Translations under genes and position numbers: made by a program
Notes under the pieces: generated by a model
What the model was told of the DNA's origin: nothing
Database searches by the model: none
What the model saw: only the letters and a program-made list of their open reading frames with translations
Assembly: GCA_046295975.1 (NCBI GenBank)
Contig: JBKBMG010000004.1
Location: 69,403-133,402, forward strand
Direction: 5' to 3'
From: Rhodocyclaceae bacterium
GTDB taxonomy: Bacteria; Pseudomonadota; Gammaproteobacteria; Burkholderiales; Rhodocyclaceae
DNA length: 64,000 nt
Part shown: piece after piece, positions 33,438 to 41,972 of the stretch
Layout: each line of letters opens with the position of its first letter
Position numbering within the stretch: position 1 is the first letter of the stretch

Positions 33438-34598
33438 ATGAGGTCCCGCCGCCCCTTCCGTCGGCTTGCCGTCCTGCCGGCCACGCGCCTCCTCCTGTCC
33501 TCGTGCGCTGCTCTCCTCGGCGCTGGACACGCGTGGTCGGCACCCTTGTCCGAGCCGGCGGTGGCCCCCGTGCCGCCGGTGCTGGTCCAGCCGTCGCCAC
33601 AATTGCCGGCGGCGGCCCGCCAGGCGATGCTGGCGCTGGCACGCGCCGGCGACCGCCTGGTGGCGGTTGGCGAACAGGGCATCGTGCTGCTGTCCGACGA
33701 CCATGGCGCGAACTGGCGCCAGGCGCGCGTGCAGGTGTCGGTCACGCTCACCGCGGTGCGCTTCGCCGACGCGCGTCGAGGTTGGGCGGTGGGGCACATG
33801 GGTGTGGTGCTGGCGACCGAGGACGGCGGCGAGACCTGGCAAACCCGGCTGGACGGGGTAACCGCGGCACAACGCGTACTGGCTGAAGCCGAAGCCACCG
33901 CGCGGGCGGCCACGGCGGGAGCCCGCGAGCGCGCCGAGCGGGCTCTGGAGGACGCCCGCCGGCTGGTCGAGGAGGGGCCGGACAAGCCGTTTCTGGACGT
34001 GTTCTTCATCGATGCGCAACGTGGCTTCGTGCTTGGCGCCTACAACCTGATCTTCCGTACCTCCGATGGCGGGCAGTCCTGGCAACCGTGGAGCGCCCGC
34101 GTGCCCAACCCCATGGGCATGCACTTGTACGGCATGGCGGCGACGGCCGAGGCGTTGTTCGTGGTTGGTGAGCAGGGCACCTTGCTGCGCGCCGACCTGG
34201 GTGGCGAGCGCTTCGAGGCACTCGATTCGCCCTACGACGGCAGCTTCTTCGGCGTGGTGGCGATGCCGGATGGCGCGGTGGTGACCTTCGGCCTGCGCGG
34301 ACATGCCTTCCGCTCGGATGACGGCGGTGACACCTGGATCGAGCTCGACAGCGGGCAGGGCGAGAGCATCGCCGCCGGCGCGCTGCTGGATGACGGTCGG
34401 GTGATGCTCTCCAGCCAGGCCGGAGCGGTGCTGGTAGGTGCCGACGATGGACGGCGCCTGATGCCGCTGGAGGGCGTGCCGCCGCTACCGCTTGCCGCCG
34501 TCGCCCAAGCGGCCGACGGCGGCCTGGTGGCGGCCGGGCTGATGGGGGTGCTGCGCCTGAATGGCCTGTCTGACGTGGCGGGGAGCGCCTCCCGATGA
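33438..34598 (+). CDS. BNR/Ycf48-like beta-propeller protein, secreted
   Basis: 386 aa with a signal peptide and a possible lipobox (LLSSC). It has four SxDxGxxW repeats (SDDHGANW, TEDGGETW, TSDGGQSW, SDDGGDTW). It starts 2 nt after the DUF1329 stop. Confidence 0.8.
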   Translation: MRSRRPFRRLAVLPATRLLLSSCAALLGAGHAWSAPLSEPAVAPVPPVLVQPSPQLPAAARQAMLALARAGDRLVAVGEQGIVLLSDDHGANWRQARVQVSVTLTAVRFADARRGWAVGHMGVVLATEDGGETWQTRLDGVTAAQRVLAEAEATARAATAGARERAERALEDARRLVEEGPDKPFLDVFFIDAQRGFVLGAYNLIFRTSDGGQSWQPWSARVPNPMGMHLYGMAATAEALFVVGEQGTLLRADLGGERFEALDSPYDGSFFGVVAMPDGAVVTFGLRGHAFRSDDGGDTWIELDSGQGESIAAGALLDDGRVMLSSQAGAVLVGADDGRRLMPLEGVPPLPLAAVAQAADGGLVAAGLMGVLRLNGLSDVAGSASR

Positions 34599-34698
34599 GC
34601 CTCGTGCCGTCGCGTCATGCCGCCGACGCACGCCGCGCCACATCCCCGACCGTCCTTTGCGGTGGTGCCTACCCGCATTCGTTTTCAAGGAGTCCGTC

Positions 34699-37296
34699 TT
34701 GACCGACAACACCCGCGCCGGCCCTCCGCCGGCATCTCCGGGCGCGGAAGCGTTCCAGCGAGGCTCAGGCCCGATCCTGGAACGCTTCGTCTTCAATCAC
34801 CGCCCGCTCGTGCTGCTGCTGTGCCTGCTGCTCACCCTTGGTCTGGGCTGGCAGGCGAGCAGGCTGCAACTGAACGCCAGCTTCGAGAAGATGATTCCGA
34901 CCGGGCATCCGTTCATCGCCAATTTCCTCGCCAACCGCGCCGATCTGGCGGGGCTGGGCAACGCCCTGAGGGTGGCCGTGGCGGTGCGCGAGGGCAACAT
35001 CTTCACGGACGACTATCTGCGGACCCTGGCGCAGATCAACGACGAGCTCTATTTACTGCCGGGCGTGGACCGGCCCTACATGAAGTCGTTGTGGACCCCG
35101 GCCACCCGCTGGATCGCCGTCACCGAGGAAGGCCTGGACGGCGATACCGTCATCCCCGGCGACTACGACGGCTCGCCGGAAAGCCTTGAGCAGGTGCGCC
35201 TGAACGTACAGCGCTCCGGTGAGATCGGCCAACTGGTGGCGGAGGACTTCCGCTCCAGCATCGTCTATCTGCCGCTGCTCGACTTCGATCCGACCTCCGG
35301 CGCGCCGCTCGACTATGCCGAGTTCTCGCGCCAATTGGAGGAAATACGGGCCAAATACACCAACGACTACATCGACATCCACATCACCGGTTTCGCCAAG
35401 ATCGTTGGCGACCTGATCGACGGATTGCGTCAGGTGTTGCTGTTCTTCCTGCTGGCGGTGGCGATCGCTACCGCGGTGCTGTTCGCCTACACCCGCTCGC
35501 TGGGCAGCGCGTTGTTGGTGATCGCGTGCTCGCTGGTCGGGGTGTTGTGGCAGCTTGGTCTGCTCGCCACCTTCGGGCTCGCGATCGACCCCTACTCAGT
35601 GCTGGTGCCGTTTCTGGTGTTCGCCATTGGCGTAAGCCATGGCGCGCAGAAGATGAGTGGCGTGATGCAGGACATCGCCCGCGGCGTGCCGCGCTACGTT
35701 GCCGCGCGCCACACCTTCCGCCGGCTGTTCCGCACCGGCATGGCGGCGCTGGTTACCGACTCGGTGGGGTTCGCCGTGCTGCTGGTGATTGACATCGGCG
35801 TGATCCGCGAACTGGCGATGACCGCCAGCCTCGGCGTGCTGGTACTCATCCTCACCAACCTGGTGCTGCTGCCGGTGTTGCTGTCCTACTTCGGCACTGG
35901 CCGTCATTCCGCCGCGCGCGGTGCACGTGCGCTTGCAGATGCTGCGGGCGAGGGCGGCACGGGGGCGTGGAAAACGCTGCCGGAGACGGGTGCGATGGCC
36001 CGTCTGTGGGCCACGCTCGCCCGCTTCACCGCGCGCGGCCCGGCAACGTGCGCACTGGCGGTGGCTGCCGGGTTGGCGGTGCTGGGGGTGAGCGTGGGCA
36101 AGCACGTGCAGATCGGCGACCTCGACCCGGACGCGCCCGAACTGCGCGCCGATTCGCGCTACAACCGCGATTCGGCTTTCATGGTGGACAGCTACGCCGC
36201 CAGTGCCGACATCTTCGTCGTCATGGTGGAAACCCCTGTGGACGGCTGCACCCGCTACGAAGTGTTGTCGCGGGTGCGGGCGCTTACCGGGCGGCTCGAC
36301 CAGTTGCCCGGTGTCGAGAGCACCAATTCCATGGCCAAGCTGTCGCGCTTCGCGATGGTCGGATACAACGAAGGCAACTTCAAATGGCTGGAGCTGATCC
36401 CCAACGATGCCGCCCTCGGCGCCGTGCAGACGCGCGCCCCGCGCGAACTGCTCAACCAGGACTGCAGCCTGCTGTCGATCTACGTCTATCTGCAGGACCA
36501 CAAGGCCGCCACCCTCGCGCGGGTGGTCGAGACGGTCGAGGCCTTCGCCCGCGAGCACGATGACGACACCACCCGCTTTCTGCTTGCGGCCGGCAACGCC
36601 GGCATCGAGGCCGCGACCAACATCGTGGTGGAACGTGCGATGCGGCAGATGCTGTACCTCGTGTATGGCGTGGTGATCGTACTGTGCTGGCTCACCTTCC
36701 GAAACTGGCGCGGTGTGGTGGTCGCGGTGCTGCCGCTGATGCTCACCTCGGTATTGTGCGAGGCCTTGATGGTTGCGCTGGGCATGGGCGTGAAGGTCGC
36801 CACGCTGCCGGTGGTGGCGCTGGGCGTGGGAATCGGCGTGGATTATGCGCTGTACGTGTTGTCGGTGGTGCTGGCCGGCATGCGCGAGGGGATGAGCCTG
36901 GCCGATGCCTATCGCCGCGCGCTGCGTTCCACCGGTCAGGTGGTGCTGCTCACCGGCGCCACACTCGCCGCCGCGGTGGCCACCTGGGTGTTCTCGCCGA
37001 TCAAGTTCCAGGCCGACATGGGCATCCTGCTGGCCTTCATGTTCCTGCTCAACATGCTCGGTGCACTCATCCTGCTGCCGGCGCTCGCCCACTTCCTGCT
37101 GCGTCCGGTGGCGGTCACGGGCCTCAGCAGCGCCGCCGCCGCGATGACCGATGCAGGGCCTTCGGACCCGACGCTTGCCCCCGATACCCGCCCCAATCTC
37201 CATCCCAACCCAGAGCAGGACGATACCCCCGCGCTTCTCAGGAGATCCCAAGATGCCCGCCACAACGCTGGACAACCAGCTTCTGAAACTGCTTGA
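34699..37296 (+). CDS. RND-superfamily (COG1033/MMPL-type) inner-membrane transporter
   Basis: About 865 aa with two blocks of about 6 transmembrane helices, each following a large soluble loop. A TTG start at 34699 lies 6 nt after AAGGAG. The alternative ATG at 34561 would overlap the upstream gene by 38 nt. Confidence 0.82.
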   Translation: MTDNTRAGPPPASPGAEAFQRGSGPILERFVFNHRPLVLLLCLLLTLGLGWQASRLQLNASFEKMIPTGHPFIANFLANRADLAGLGNALRVAVAVREGNIFTDDYLRTLAQINDELYLLPGVDRPYMKSLWTPATRWIAVTEEGLDGDTVIPGDYDGSPESLEQVRLNVQRSGEIGQLVAEDFRSSIVYLPLLDFDPTSGAPLDYAEFSRQLEEIRAKYTNDYIDIHITGFAKIVGDLIDGLRQVLLFFLLAVAIATAVLFAYTRSLGSALLVIACSLVGVLWQLGLLATFGLAIDPYSVLVPFLVFAIGVSHGAQKMSGVMQDIARGVPRYVAARHTFRRLFRTGMAALVTDSVGFAVLLVIDIGVIRELAMTASLGVLVLILTNLVLLPVLLSYFGTGRHSAARGARALADAAGEGGTGAWKTLPETGAMARLWATLARFTARGPATCALAVAAGLAVLGVSVGKHVQIGDLDPDAPELRADSRYNRDSAFMVDSYAASADIFVVMVETPVDGCTRYEVLSRVRALTGRLDQLPGVESTNSMAKLSRFAMVGYNEGNFKWLELIPNDAALGAVQTRAPRELLNQDCSLLSIYVYLQDHKAATLARVVETVEAFAREHDDDTTRFLLAAGNAGIEAATNIVVERAMRQMLYLVYGVVIVLCWLTFRNWRGVVVAVLPLMLTSVLCEALMVALGMGVKVATLPVVALGVGIGVDYALYVLSVVLAGMREGMSLADAYRRALRSTGQVVLLTGATLAAAVATWVFSPIKFQADMGILLAFMFLLNMLGALILLPALAHFLLRPVAVTGLSSAAAAMTDAGPSDPTLAPDTRPNLHPNPEQDDTPALLRRSQDARHNAGQPASETA

Positions 37297-38242
37297 ACAA
37301 GGTCGCGCACTGGGCGTGCCCGACTTCGCCGACCTGCCCCCGGCCGCGGCGCGCGAAGTCTACCGCATGCTGGTGACCACCCATGATGCGCCGGCCATCG
37401 ACCTGCCGGTTGAAGATCGGGCGATTCCCGGCCCGGGCGGTGAACTGGCACTGCGCATCTATCGCCCGCCGGGCGACGTGGTGCCGCGCGGCGCAGTGCT
37501 GTACCTGCACGGCGGCGGCTTTGTGGTCGGTTGCCCCAACGACTACGACGGTCTGGCGCGCAGCCTGTGCGCACAAAGCGGCTGCGTGCTGGTGCTGCCG
37601 GACTATCGCCTGGCGCCCGAGCATCTGTTTCCCGCCGCGGTGGAAGATGCGTGGGCGGCGCTGGCGTGGTTGGCGGCAAATGCCGACGAGATCGGCTGCG
37701 TCGACGCGGACGGTCAGGCCCGCATCGCGGTTGCTGGCGACAGTGCCGGCGCCAACCTCGCCGCCGTGTGTGCGCTGCTCGCGCGCGACCGGGGCGGCCC
37801 GGCGCTTTGCCAGCAAACGCTGATCTATCCGGTGACCGTGGTGGATGGCGCGCGCTTCGAATCCCGCCGCACCTATGGTGAAGGGCTCACCCTGAGCACG
37901 CGCTCCATGCACTACTTCACCTCCCATTACCTGGGCAGCGAGGACTTTCTGAACAGCGACCACGTGCGCGACTTCCGCGCCGCGCCGCTGGAGGCGGCTG
38001 ATCTCTCCGGCGTGGCGCCGGCGCTGGTGCTGGTGGCGGGCTTCGACCCCTTGCGCGACGAGGGCGTGGCCTATGCCAGCGCCCTGCAGACTGCCGGCAG
38101 CGACGCGGTGCTGATCGAGTACGCCGGGCTGGCCCACGGCTTCATCAACATGTCGGGCACGGTGGAAGCGGCGCGGCTGGCCGTGGCCCAGGTCGCCAAT
38201 GCCTGGCGTCACGCGCTTGCTGCGCCGGGAACAGGCCAATGA
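37253..38242 (+). CDS. Alpha/beta-hydrolase esterase (HSL / family IV)
   Basis: 329 aa with the oxyanion motif LHGGGFVVG and the nucleophile elbow GDSAGANL. The start overlaps the RND gene by 44 nt and has an AGGAG Shine-Dalgarno sequence. Confidence 0.88.
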   Translation: MPATTLDNQLLKLLEQGRALGVPDFADLPPAAAREVYRMLVTTHDAPAIDLPVEDRAIPGPGGELALRIYRPPGDVVPRGAVLYLHGGGFVVGCPNDYDGLARSLCAQSGCVLVLPDYRLAPEHLFPAAVEDAWAALAWLAANADEIGCVDADGQARIAVAGDSAGANLAAVCALLARDRGGPALCQQTLIYPVTVVDGARFESRRTYGEGLTLSTRSMHYFTSHYLGSEDFLNSDHVRDFRAAPLEAADLSGVAPALVLVAGFDPLRDEGVAYASALQTAGSDAVLIEYAGLAHGFINMSGTVEAARLAVAQVANAWRHALAAPGTGQ

Positions 38243-38270
38243 GCGGCTTCGAGACATCCGGTGTAGTGGC

Positions 38271-38310
38271 CGGTGGCGGCGGTGGCCGCAACCAGCCACC
38301 GCCGCCACCG
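38271..38310 (+). other. Perfect 16-bp GC-rich stem-loop within the operon
   Basis: 'cggtggcggcggtggc' (38271-38286) pairs with 'gccaccgccgccaccg' (38295-38310) across an 8-nt loop. Translated, it gives the odd GGGGGRNQPPPPP peptide. Confidence 0.7.
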
Positions 38311-38322
38311 ACCACGCGCGCT

Positions 38323-39348
38323 GTGCGCTTTCACCGGCTTGGCGGTCCGGAGGTGTTGCAGATCGAAACCGTCACGCTGGCGCCGCCGGGTCCGGGCGAG
38401 GTCTGCATCCGCGTCGAGGCGCTGGGGTTGAACCGGGCTGAGGCGGCGTTTCGTGGCGGACACTACCTGGAGCTACCGAATCTGCCGTCGGGGCTGGGCT
38501 ATGAGGCGGCCGGCGTGATCGTGGCCTTGGGGCCGGATGTGCCGGGCTTCGCGCCTGGTGATCCGGTCTGCGTGCTGCCGGCGATCTCGATGACACGCCA
38601 TCCGCTGCAGGCCGAATACGCGGTGGTGCCGGCCAGCGCATTGGTGGCGCGCCCCGCAGGTCTGGACGCACCGCAGGCGGCGGCGCTGTGGATGGCGGCA
38701 CTGACCGCCTACGGTGGCCTGGTCGACATTGGCAAGCTCGGTCCAGGGGACGGGGCGATCGTCACCGCGGCCTCCAGCAGCGTCGGCATCGCCGCGTTGC
38801 AGCTTGCGCGCGCGCTCGGTGCGATCCCGATCGCGCTTACCCGGGACCCGGGCAAGGTCGAGGCCTTGCGCCGCCATGGTGCCGAGCACGTCATCGTCGG
38901 CACGCCGGACGCAACCCTCGCCAGCCGCGTTGCAGCCGTTACCGGCGGCCTCGGGGCGCGTCTGGCCTTCGATCCGGTGGCCGGGCCCACGGCCCTGCCG
39001 CTGGCGGCGGCGCTGCGTCGCGGCGGTACGCTGGTGGTGTACGGCAACCTCGGCGGTGAGGCCGAGCACACCCCGTTTCCGTTCTACGCGGCGGTCGGCA
39101 AGGGACTGAGCATGCGCGGCTACCTGGTGTTCGAACTGCTCGCTGACGCGCGACGCCTGGCGGCGGCGCGCGGATTCATCGAATTGGCGCTGGCCGCTGG
39201 CACGCTGTTTCCGGTCATCGACCGGGTCTTTCCGTTCAACGACATCGTGGGTGCCTACCGTCATCTGGAGTCGAACGCCCAGGTCGGCAAGGTGGTGGTC
39301 AGCCTGGATCACGGCGGCGCCCCGTTCACCCCCGAGGAGCATTCATGA
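38323..39348 (+). CDS. NADPH:quinone oxidoreductase-like medium-chain reductase
   Basis: MDR fold with RFHRLGGPEVLQIETV...PGPGEVCIRVEALGLNRAE and GSSVGIAALQLA. The start was taken as GTG 38323, downstream of the hairpin. ATG 38239 (ATGA overlap with the esterase stop) is the alternative and would add 28 Gly/Pro-rich residues. Confidence 0.8.
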   Translation: MRFHRLGGPEVLQIETVTLAPPGPGEVCIRVEALGLNRAEAAFRGGHYLELPNLPSGLGYEAAGVIVALGPDVPGFAPGDPVCVLPAISMTRHPLQAEYAVVPASALVARPAGLDAPQAAALWMAALTAYGGLVDIGKLGPGDGAIVTAASSSVGIAALQLARALGAIPIALTRDPGKVEALRRHGAEHVIVGTPDATLASRVAAVTGGLGARLAFDPVAGPTALPLAAALRRGGTLVVYGNLGGEAEHTPFPFYAAVGKGLSMRGYLVFELLADARRLAAARGFIELALAAGTLFPVIDRVFPFNDIVGAYRHLESNAQVGKVVVSLDHGGAPFTPEEHS

Positions 39349-40487
39349 CTACCCATTCGATCGATTCCCCGAGCCTGACCATTCGTGCGGCGGTGGCCCG
39401 TGCCCACCATGCACCGCTGAATCTCGAAACCCTGACCCTGGAGGCGCCGCGCGATGATGAGATCCTGGTGCGCGTGGTGGCCACCGGGGTATGCCACACC
39501 GACATCGTGGTGCGCGACGGCATGCTGCCGACGCCACTGCCGGTGGTGCTGGGCCACGAGGGGGCGGGCGTGGTGGCGCGTGTCGGCCTCGCGGTGACCA
39601 AGGTCGCGCCCGGCGACCACGTGGTGATGAGCTTCAATTCCTGCGGCGCCTGCCCGAGTTGTGCTGACCACGCGCCCAGCTACTGCCACGAGTTCTTTCC
39701 GCGAAATTTCTTCGCCACGCGCAGCGATGGCAGTACTGCGCTGTCGCGGGAAGGTGAGCCGGTACATGGCAATTTCTTCGGCCAGTCCTCTTTCGCCTCC
39801 CATGCCTTGTGCCATGAGCGCAATGTCGTGAAGGTACCTGCCGACGTGCCGCTGCGCCTGCTCGGGCCGCTGGCCTGCGGCGTGCAGACCGGGGCCGGTG
39901 CGGTGATGAACGCGCTTCGGGTTGGCCCTGGGCGCAGCTTCGCGGTGTTCGGTGCGGGTTCGGTGGGGCTGTCGGCGGTGATGGCGGCGCGGGCGGTCGG
40001 TGCGAGCCGGATCATCGCGGTCGACCTCAATCCGGACCGACTCGCCTTCGCGCGGGAGATCGGCGCCACCGACAGCGTGGACCCGCGCACCACCAATGCC
40101 ACGGCCGAGATCATGCGCCTGACCGGTCACGGGGTGGACTACGCGCTGGACACCACCGGCCTGGCATCGGTCATCCGTGGCGCGGTCGAAAGCCTGGCGC
40201 CGCGCGGTGCCTGCGGCCTGCTTGGCGCATCCGGCCCGGGCAGTGAGGTCGTGCTCGACGAGGTGCATTTCATGAGTGGTGGCCGTCGCCTGATCGGCAT
40301 TGTCGAAGGCGATGCCCAGCCCGACCTGTTCATTCCCGAACTGATCCGCCTCTATCAGGCTGGCCGCTTCCCCTTCGACAAGATGGTGAAGTACTACCCT
40401 TTCGAGCGCATCAACGACGCCATCGCCGATTCGGAAAGTGGCCGGACGATCAAGCCGGTCGTGGTGATGGACGAGCGCGCTCAGTAA
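39345..40487 (+). CDS. Zn-dependent aryl-alcohol (benzyl-alcohol-type) dehydrogenase
   Basis: 380 aa containing GVCHTDIVVRDG, LGHEGAGVV, the structural-Zn cysteines (CGACPSCADHAPSYC) and GAGSVGLSAV. GAGGAG Shine-Dalgarno sequence, with an ATGA overlap with the upstream stop. Confidence 0.9.
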   Translation: MTTHSIDSPSLTIRAAVARAHHAPLNLETLTLEAPRDDEILVRVVATGVCHTDIVVRDGMLPTPLPVVLGHEGAGVVARVGLAVTKVAPGDHVVMSFNSCGACPSCADHAPSYCHEFFPRNFFATRSDGSTALSREGEPVHGNFFGQSSFASHALCHERNVVKVPADVPLRLLGPLACGVQTGAGAVMNALRVGPGRSFAVFGAGSVGLSAVMAARAVGASRIIAVDLNPDRLAFAREIGATDSVDPRTTNATAEIMRLTGHGVDYALDTTGLASVIRGAVESLAPRGACGLLGASGPGSEVVLDEVHFMSGGRRLIGIVEGDAQPDLFIPELIRLYQAGRFPFDKMVKYYPFERINDAIADSESGRTIKPVVVMDERAQ

Positions 40488-40960
40488 TGAGCGGGGTCAT
40501 CGACCAGTTTGCGCAGCGCCCCGAGCATGGTGCGCAACTGGTCGTGCAAGGTGTCGCGTGCCGCGTCCGGCAACGCGGCCAGCATCGCTTGCTCGATGGC
40601 CGCGACCGCCGCGTCGCAGTCGACCAGCAGGGCATGGCCGGCGGCGGTGACGCGGATGCGCACGATGCGCCCGTGGCTGGCATCCGGTTCGCGGGCAATC
40701 CAGCCGCGGGCCTCCATGGTCTTCACCATCTCGTTGGCGGCCTGCGGCGATACCAGGGAACGTTCGGCCAACTGCGCGTTGGAAAGATGTTCGTGCGCGG
40801 CGAGCGCGGACAAGGCCGTGTATTGATTGGTTGTCAGGCCATAGGGCGCCAGCGCATCGCGGATGCGGCGGCTGAGCACATGGTCCACACGCCCGACCAG
40901 GTAGGCGATTCCGATAGGGCGAACCAATTGCGAGTCGATATTTTTCGAGATTTTTTTCAT
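40481..40960 (-). CDS. MarR-family transcriptional regulator, divergent from ech-vdh-fcs
   Basis: 159 aa with the winged-HTH region LTTNQYTALSALAAHEHLSNAQLAERSLVSPQAANEMVKTMEARGWI. Confidence 0.88.
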   Translation of the reverse strand: MKKISKNIDSQLVRPIGIAYLVGRVDHVLSRRIRDALAPYGLTTNQYTALSALAAHEHLSNAQLAERSLVSPQAANEMVKTMEARGWIAREPDASHGRIVRIRVTAAGHALLVDCDAAVAAIEQAMLAALPDAARDTLHDQLRTMLGALRKLVDDPAHY

Positions 40961-41007
40961 TGAAGACGGGCTGGCAGGTTGGAAAGCCGACGTATAGAAT
41001 CAGTCGT

Positions 41008-41026
41008 ATATCAAGTAACCTGATAT
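41008..41026. promoter_or_regulatory. Pseudo-palindrome ATATCA-N7-TGATAT in the MarR/ech intergenic region (candidate operator)
   Basis: Seen directly within an AT-rich 89-bp divergent region. Confidence 0.35.
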
Positions 41027-41049
41027 TAACCTGAAACAGGCGGGCAAAC

Positions 41050-41883
41050 ATGGCTAATTATGAAGGACGTTGGAGCACGGTAAAGGTCGAGGTGGAAGAG
41101 GGGGTCGCCTGGGTGACGCTGAACCGCCCCGAGAAACGCAATGCGATGAGCCCGACGCTCAACCGCGAGATGGGCGAGGTGCTCGACGCCATCGAACTGG
41201 ATGACGACGCCCAGGTACTGGTGCTCACCGGTGCCGGCGAGGCCTGGTCGGCCGGCATGGACCTCAAGGAATACTTCCGCGAAACCGACGGCAAGTCCGA
41301 GATCATGCAGGAGCGCATGCGCCGCGATTGCTCTCACTGGCAATGGAGGGTGCTGCGCTTCTACACCAAGCCCACCATCGCCATGGTCAACGGCTGGTGC
41401 TTCGGCGGGGCGTTCTCGCCGTTGGTGGCCTGCGATCTCGCCATCGCGGCGGACGAGGCGGTGTTCGGCCTGTCCGAAATCAACTGGGGCATTCCGCCGG
41501 GCAACCTGGTGAGCAAGGCGGTGGCCGACACCATGGGGCATCGCGCGGCGCTGCATTATGTGATGACCGGCAACACCTTCACCGGCGTGGAAGCGGCCCA
41601 GATGGGGCTGGTGAACAAGAGCGTGCCACGCGAACGCTTGCGCGACGAGGTCAAGGCGCTGGCCGGCAAGTTGCTGGAGAAGAACCCGGTGGTGCTGCGC
41701 TTCGCCAAGCACGGTTTCAAGCGCTGCCGCGAACTGACCTGGGAACAGAACGAGGACTACCTCTACGCCAAGGTGGACCAGTCCAATGGGCGCGACCCGG
41801 AAAAAGGTCGCCAGCAGGGGCTGAAGCAGTTCCTCGACGACAAGACCATCAAGCCGGGGCTGCAGACCTACAAGCGCGGCTGA
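41050..41883 (+). CDS. ech: Hydroxycinnamoyl-CoA (feruloyl-CoA) hydratase/lyase
   Basis: 277 aa starting MANYEGRWSTVKVEVEEGVAWVTLNRPEKRNAMSPTLNREM.... It also contains TGAGEAWSAGMDLKEYFRE and KPTIAMVNGWCFGGAFSPLVACDLAI. It is near-colinear with Pseudomonas HCHL. Confidence 0.95.
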   Translation: MANYEGRWSTVKVEVEEGVAWVTLNRPEKRNAMSPTLNREMGEVLDAIELDDDAQVLVLTGAGEAWSAGMDLKEYFRETDGKSEIMQERMRRDCSHWQWRVLRFYTKPTIAMVNGWCFGGAFSPLVACDLAIAADEAVFGLSEINWGIPPGNLVSKAVADTMGHRAALHYVMTGNTFTGVEAAQMGLVNKSVPRERLRDEVKALAGKLLEKNPVVLRFAKHGFKRCRELTWEQNEDYLYAKVDQSNGRDPEKGRQQGLKQFLDDKTIKPGLQTYKRG

Positions 41884-41972
41884 GTTTCCGGCGTTCCAAC
41901 GCCTAGAACAAGATCGTCCGGACCGGGGTGGTCCGAGACGGCATGGATCAACCACCGATGGAGGACTGGACG

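Noticed and set aside
34561-34698. ATG 34561 as the start of the RND transporter
   Set aside because: It would overlap the propeller gene by 38 nt and add an Arg/Pro-rich, non-hydrophobic 46-aa leader. TTG 34699 sits 6 nt after AAGGAG. It is not excluded.
30229-37275. Long minus-strand ORFs (30229..31989, 32044..33642, 35596..37275) opposite the DUF1302, DUF1329 and RND genes
   Set aside because: These are antisense shadows with Arg/His/Gly-rich composition. The plus-strand genes have signal peptides, transmembrane segments, family-typical N-termini and good Shine-Dalgarno sites.
38239-38322. ATG 38239 (ATGA-coupled) as the start of the quinone reductase
   Set aside because: The extra 28 residues (GGGGGRNQPPPPP...) are encoded by a perfect 16-bp hairpin and precede the point where MDR-family homology begins. 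It is kept only as an alternative because GTG 38323 lacks an obvious Shine-Dalgarno sequence.
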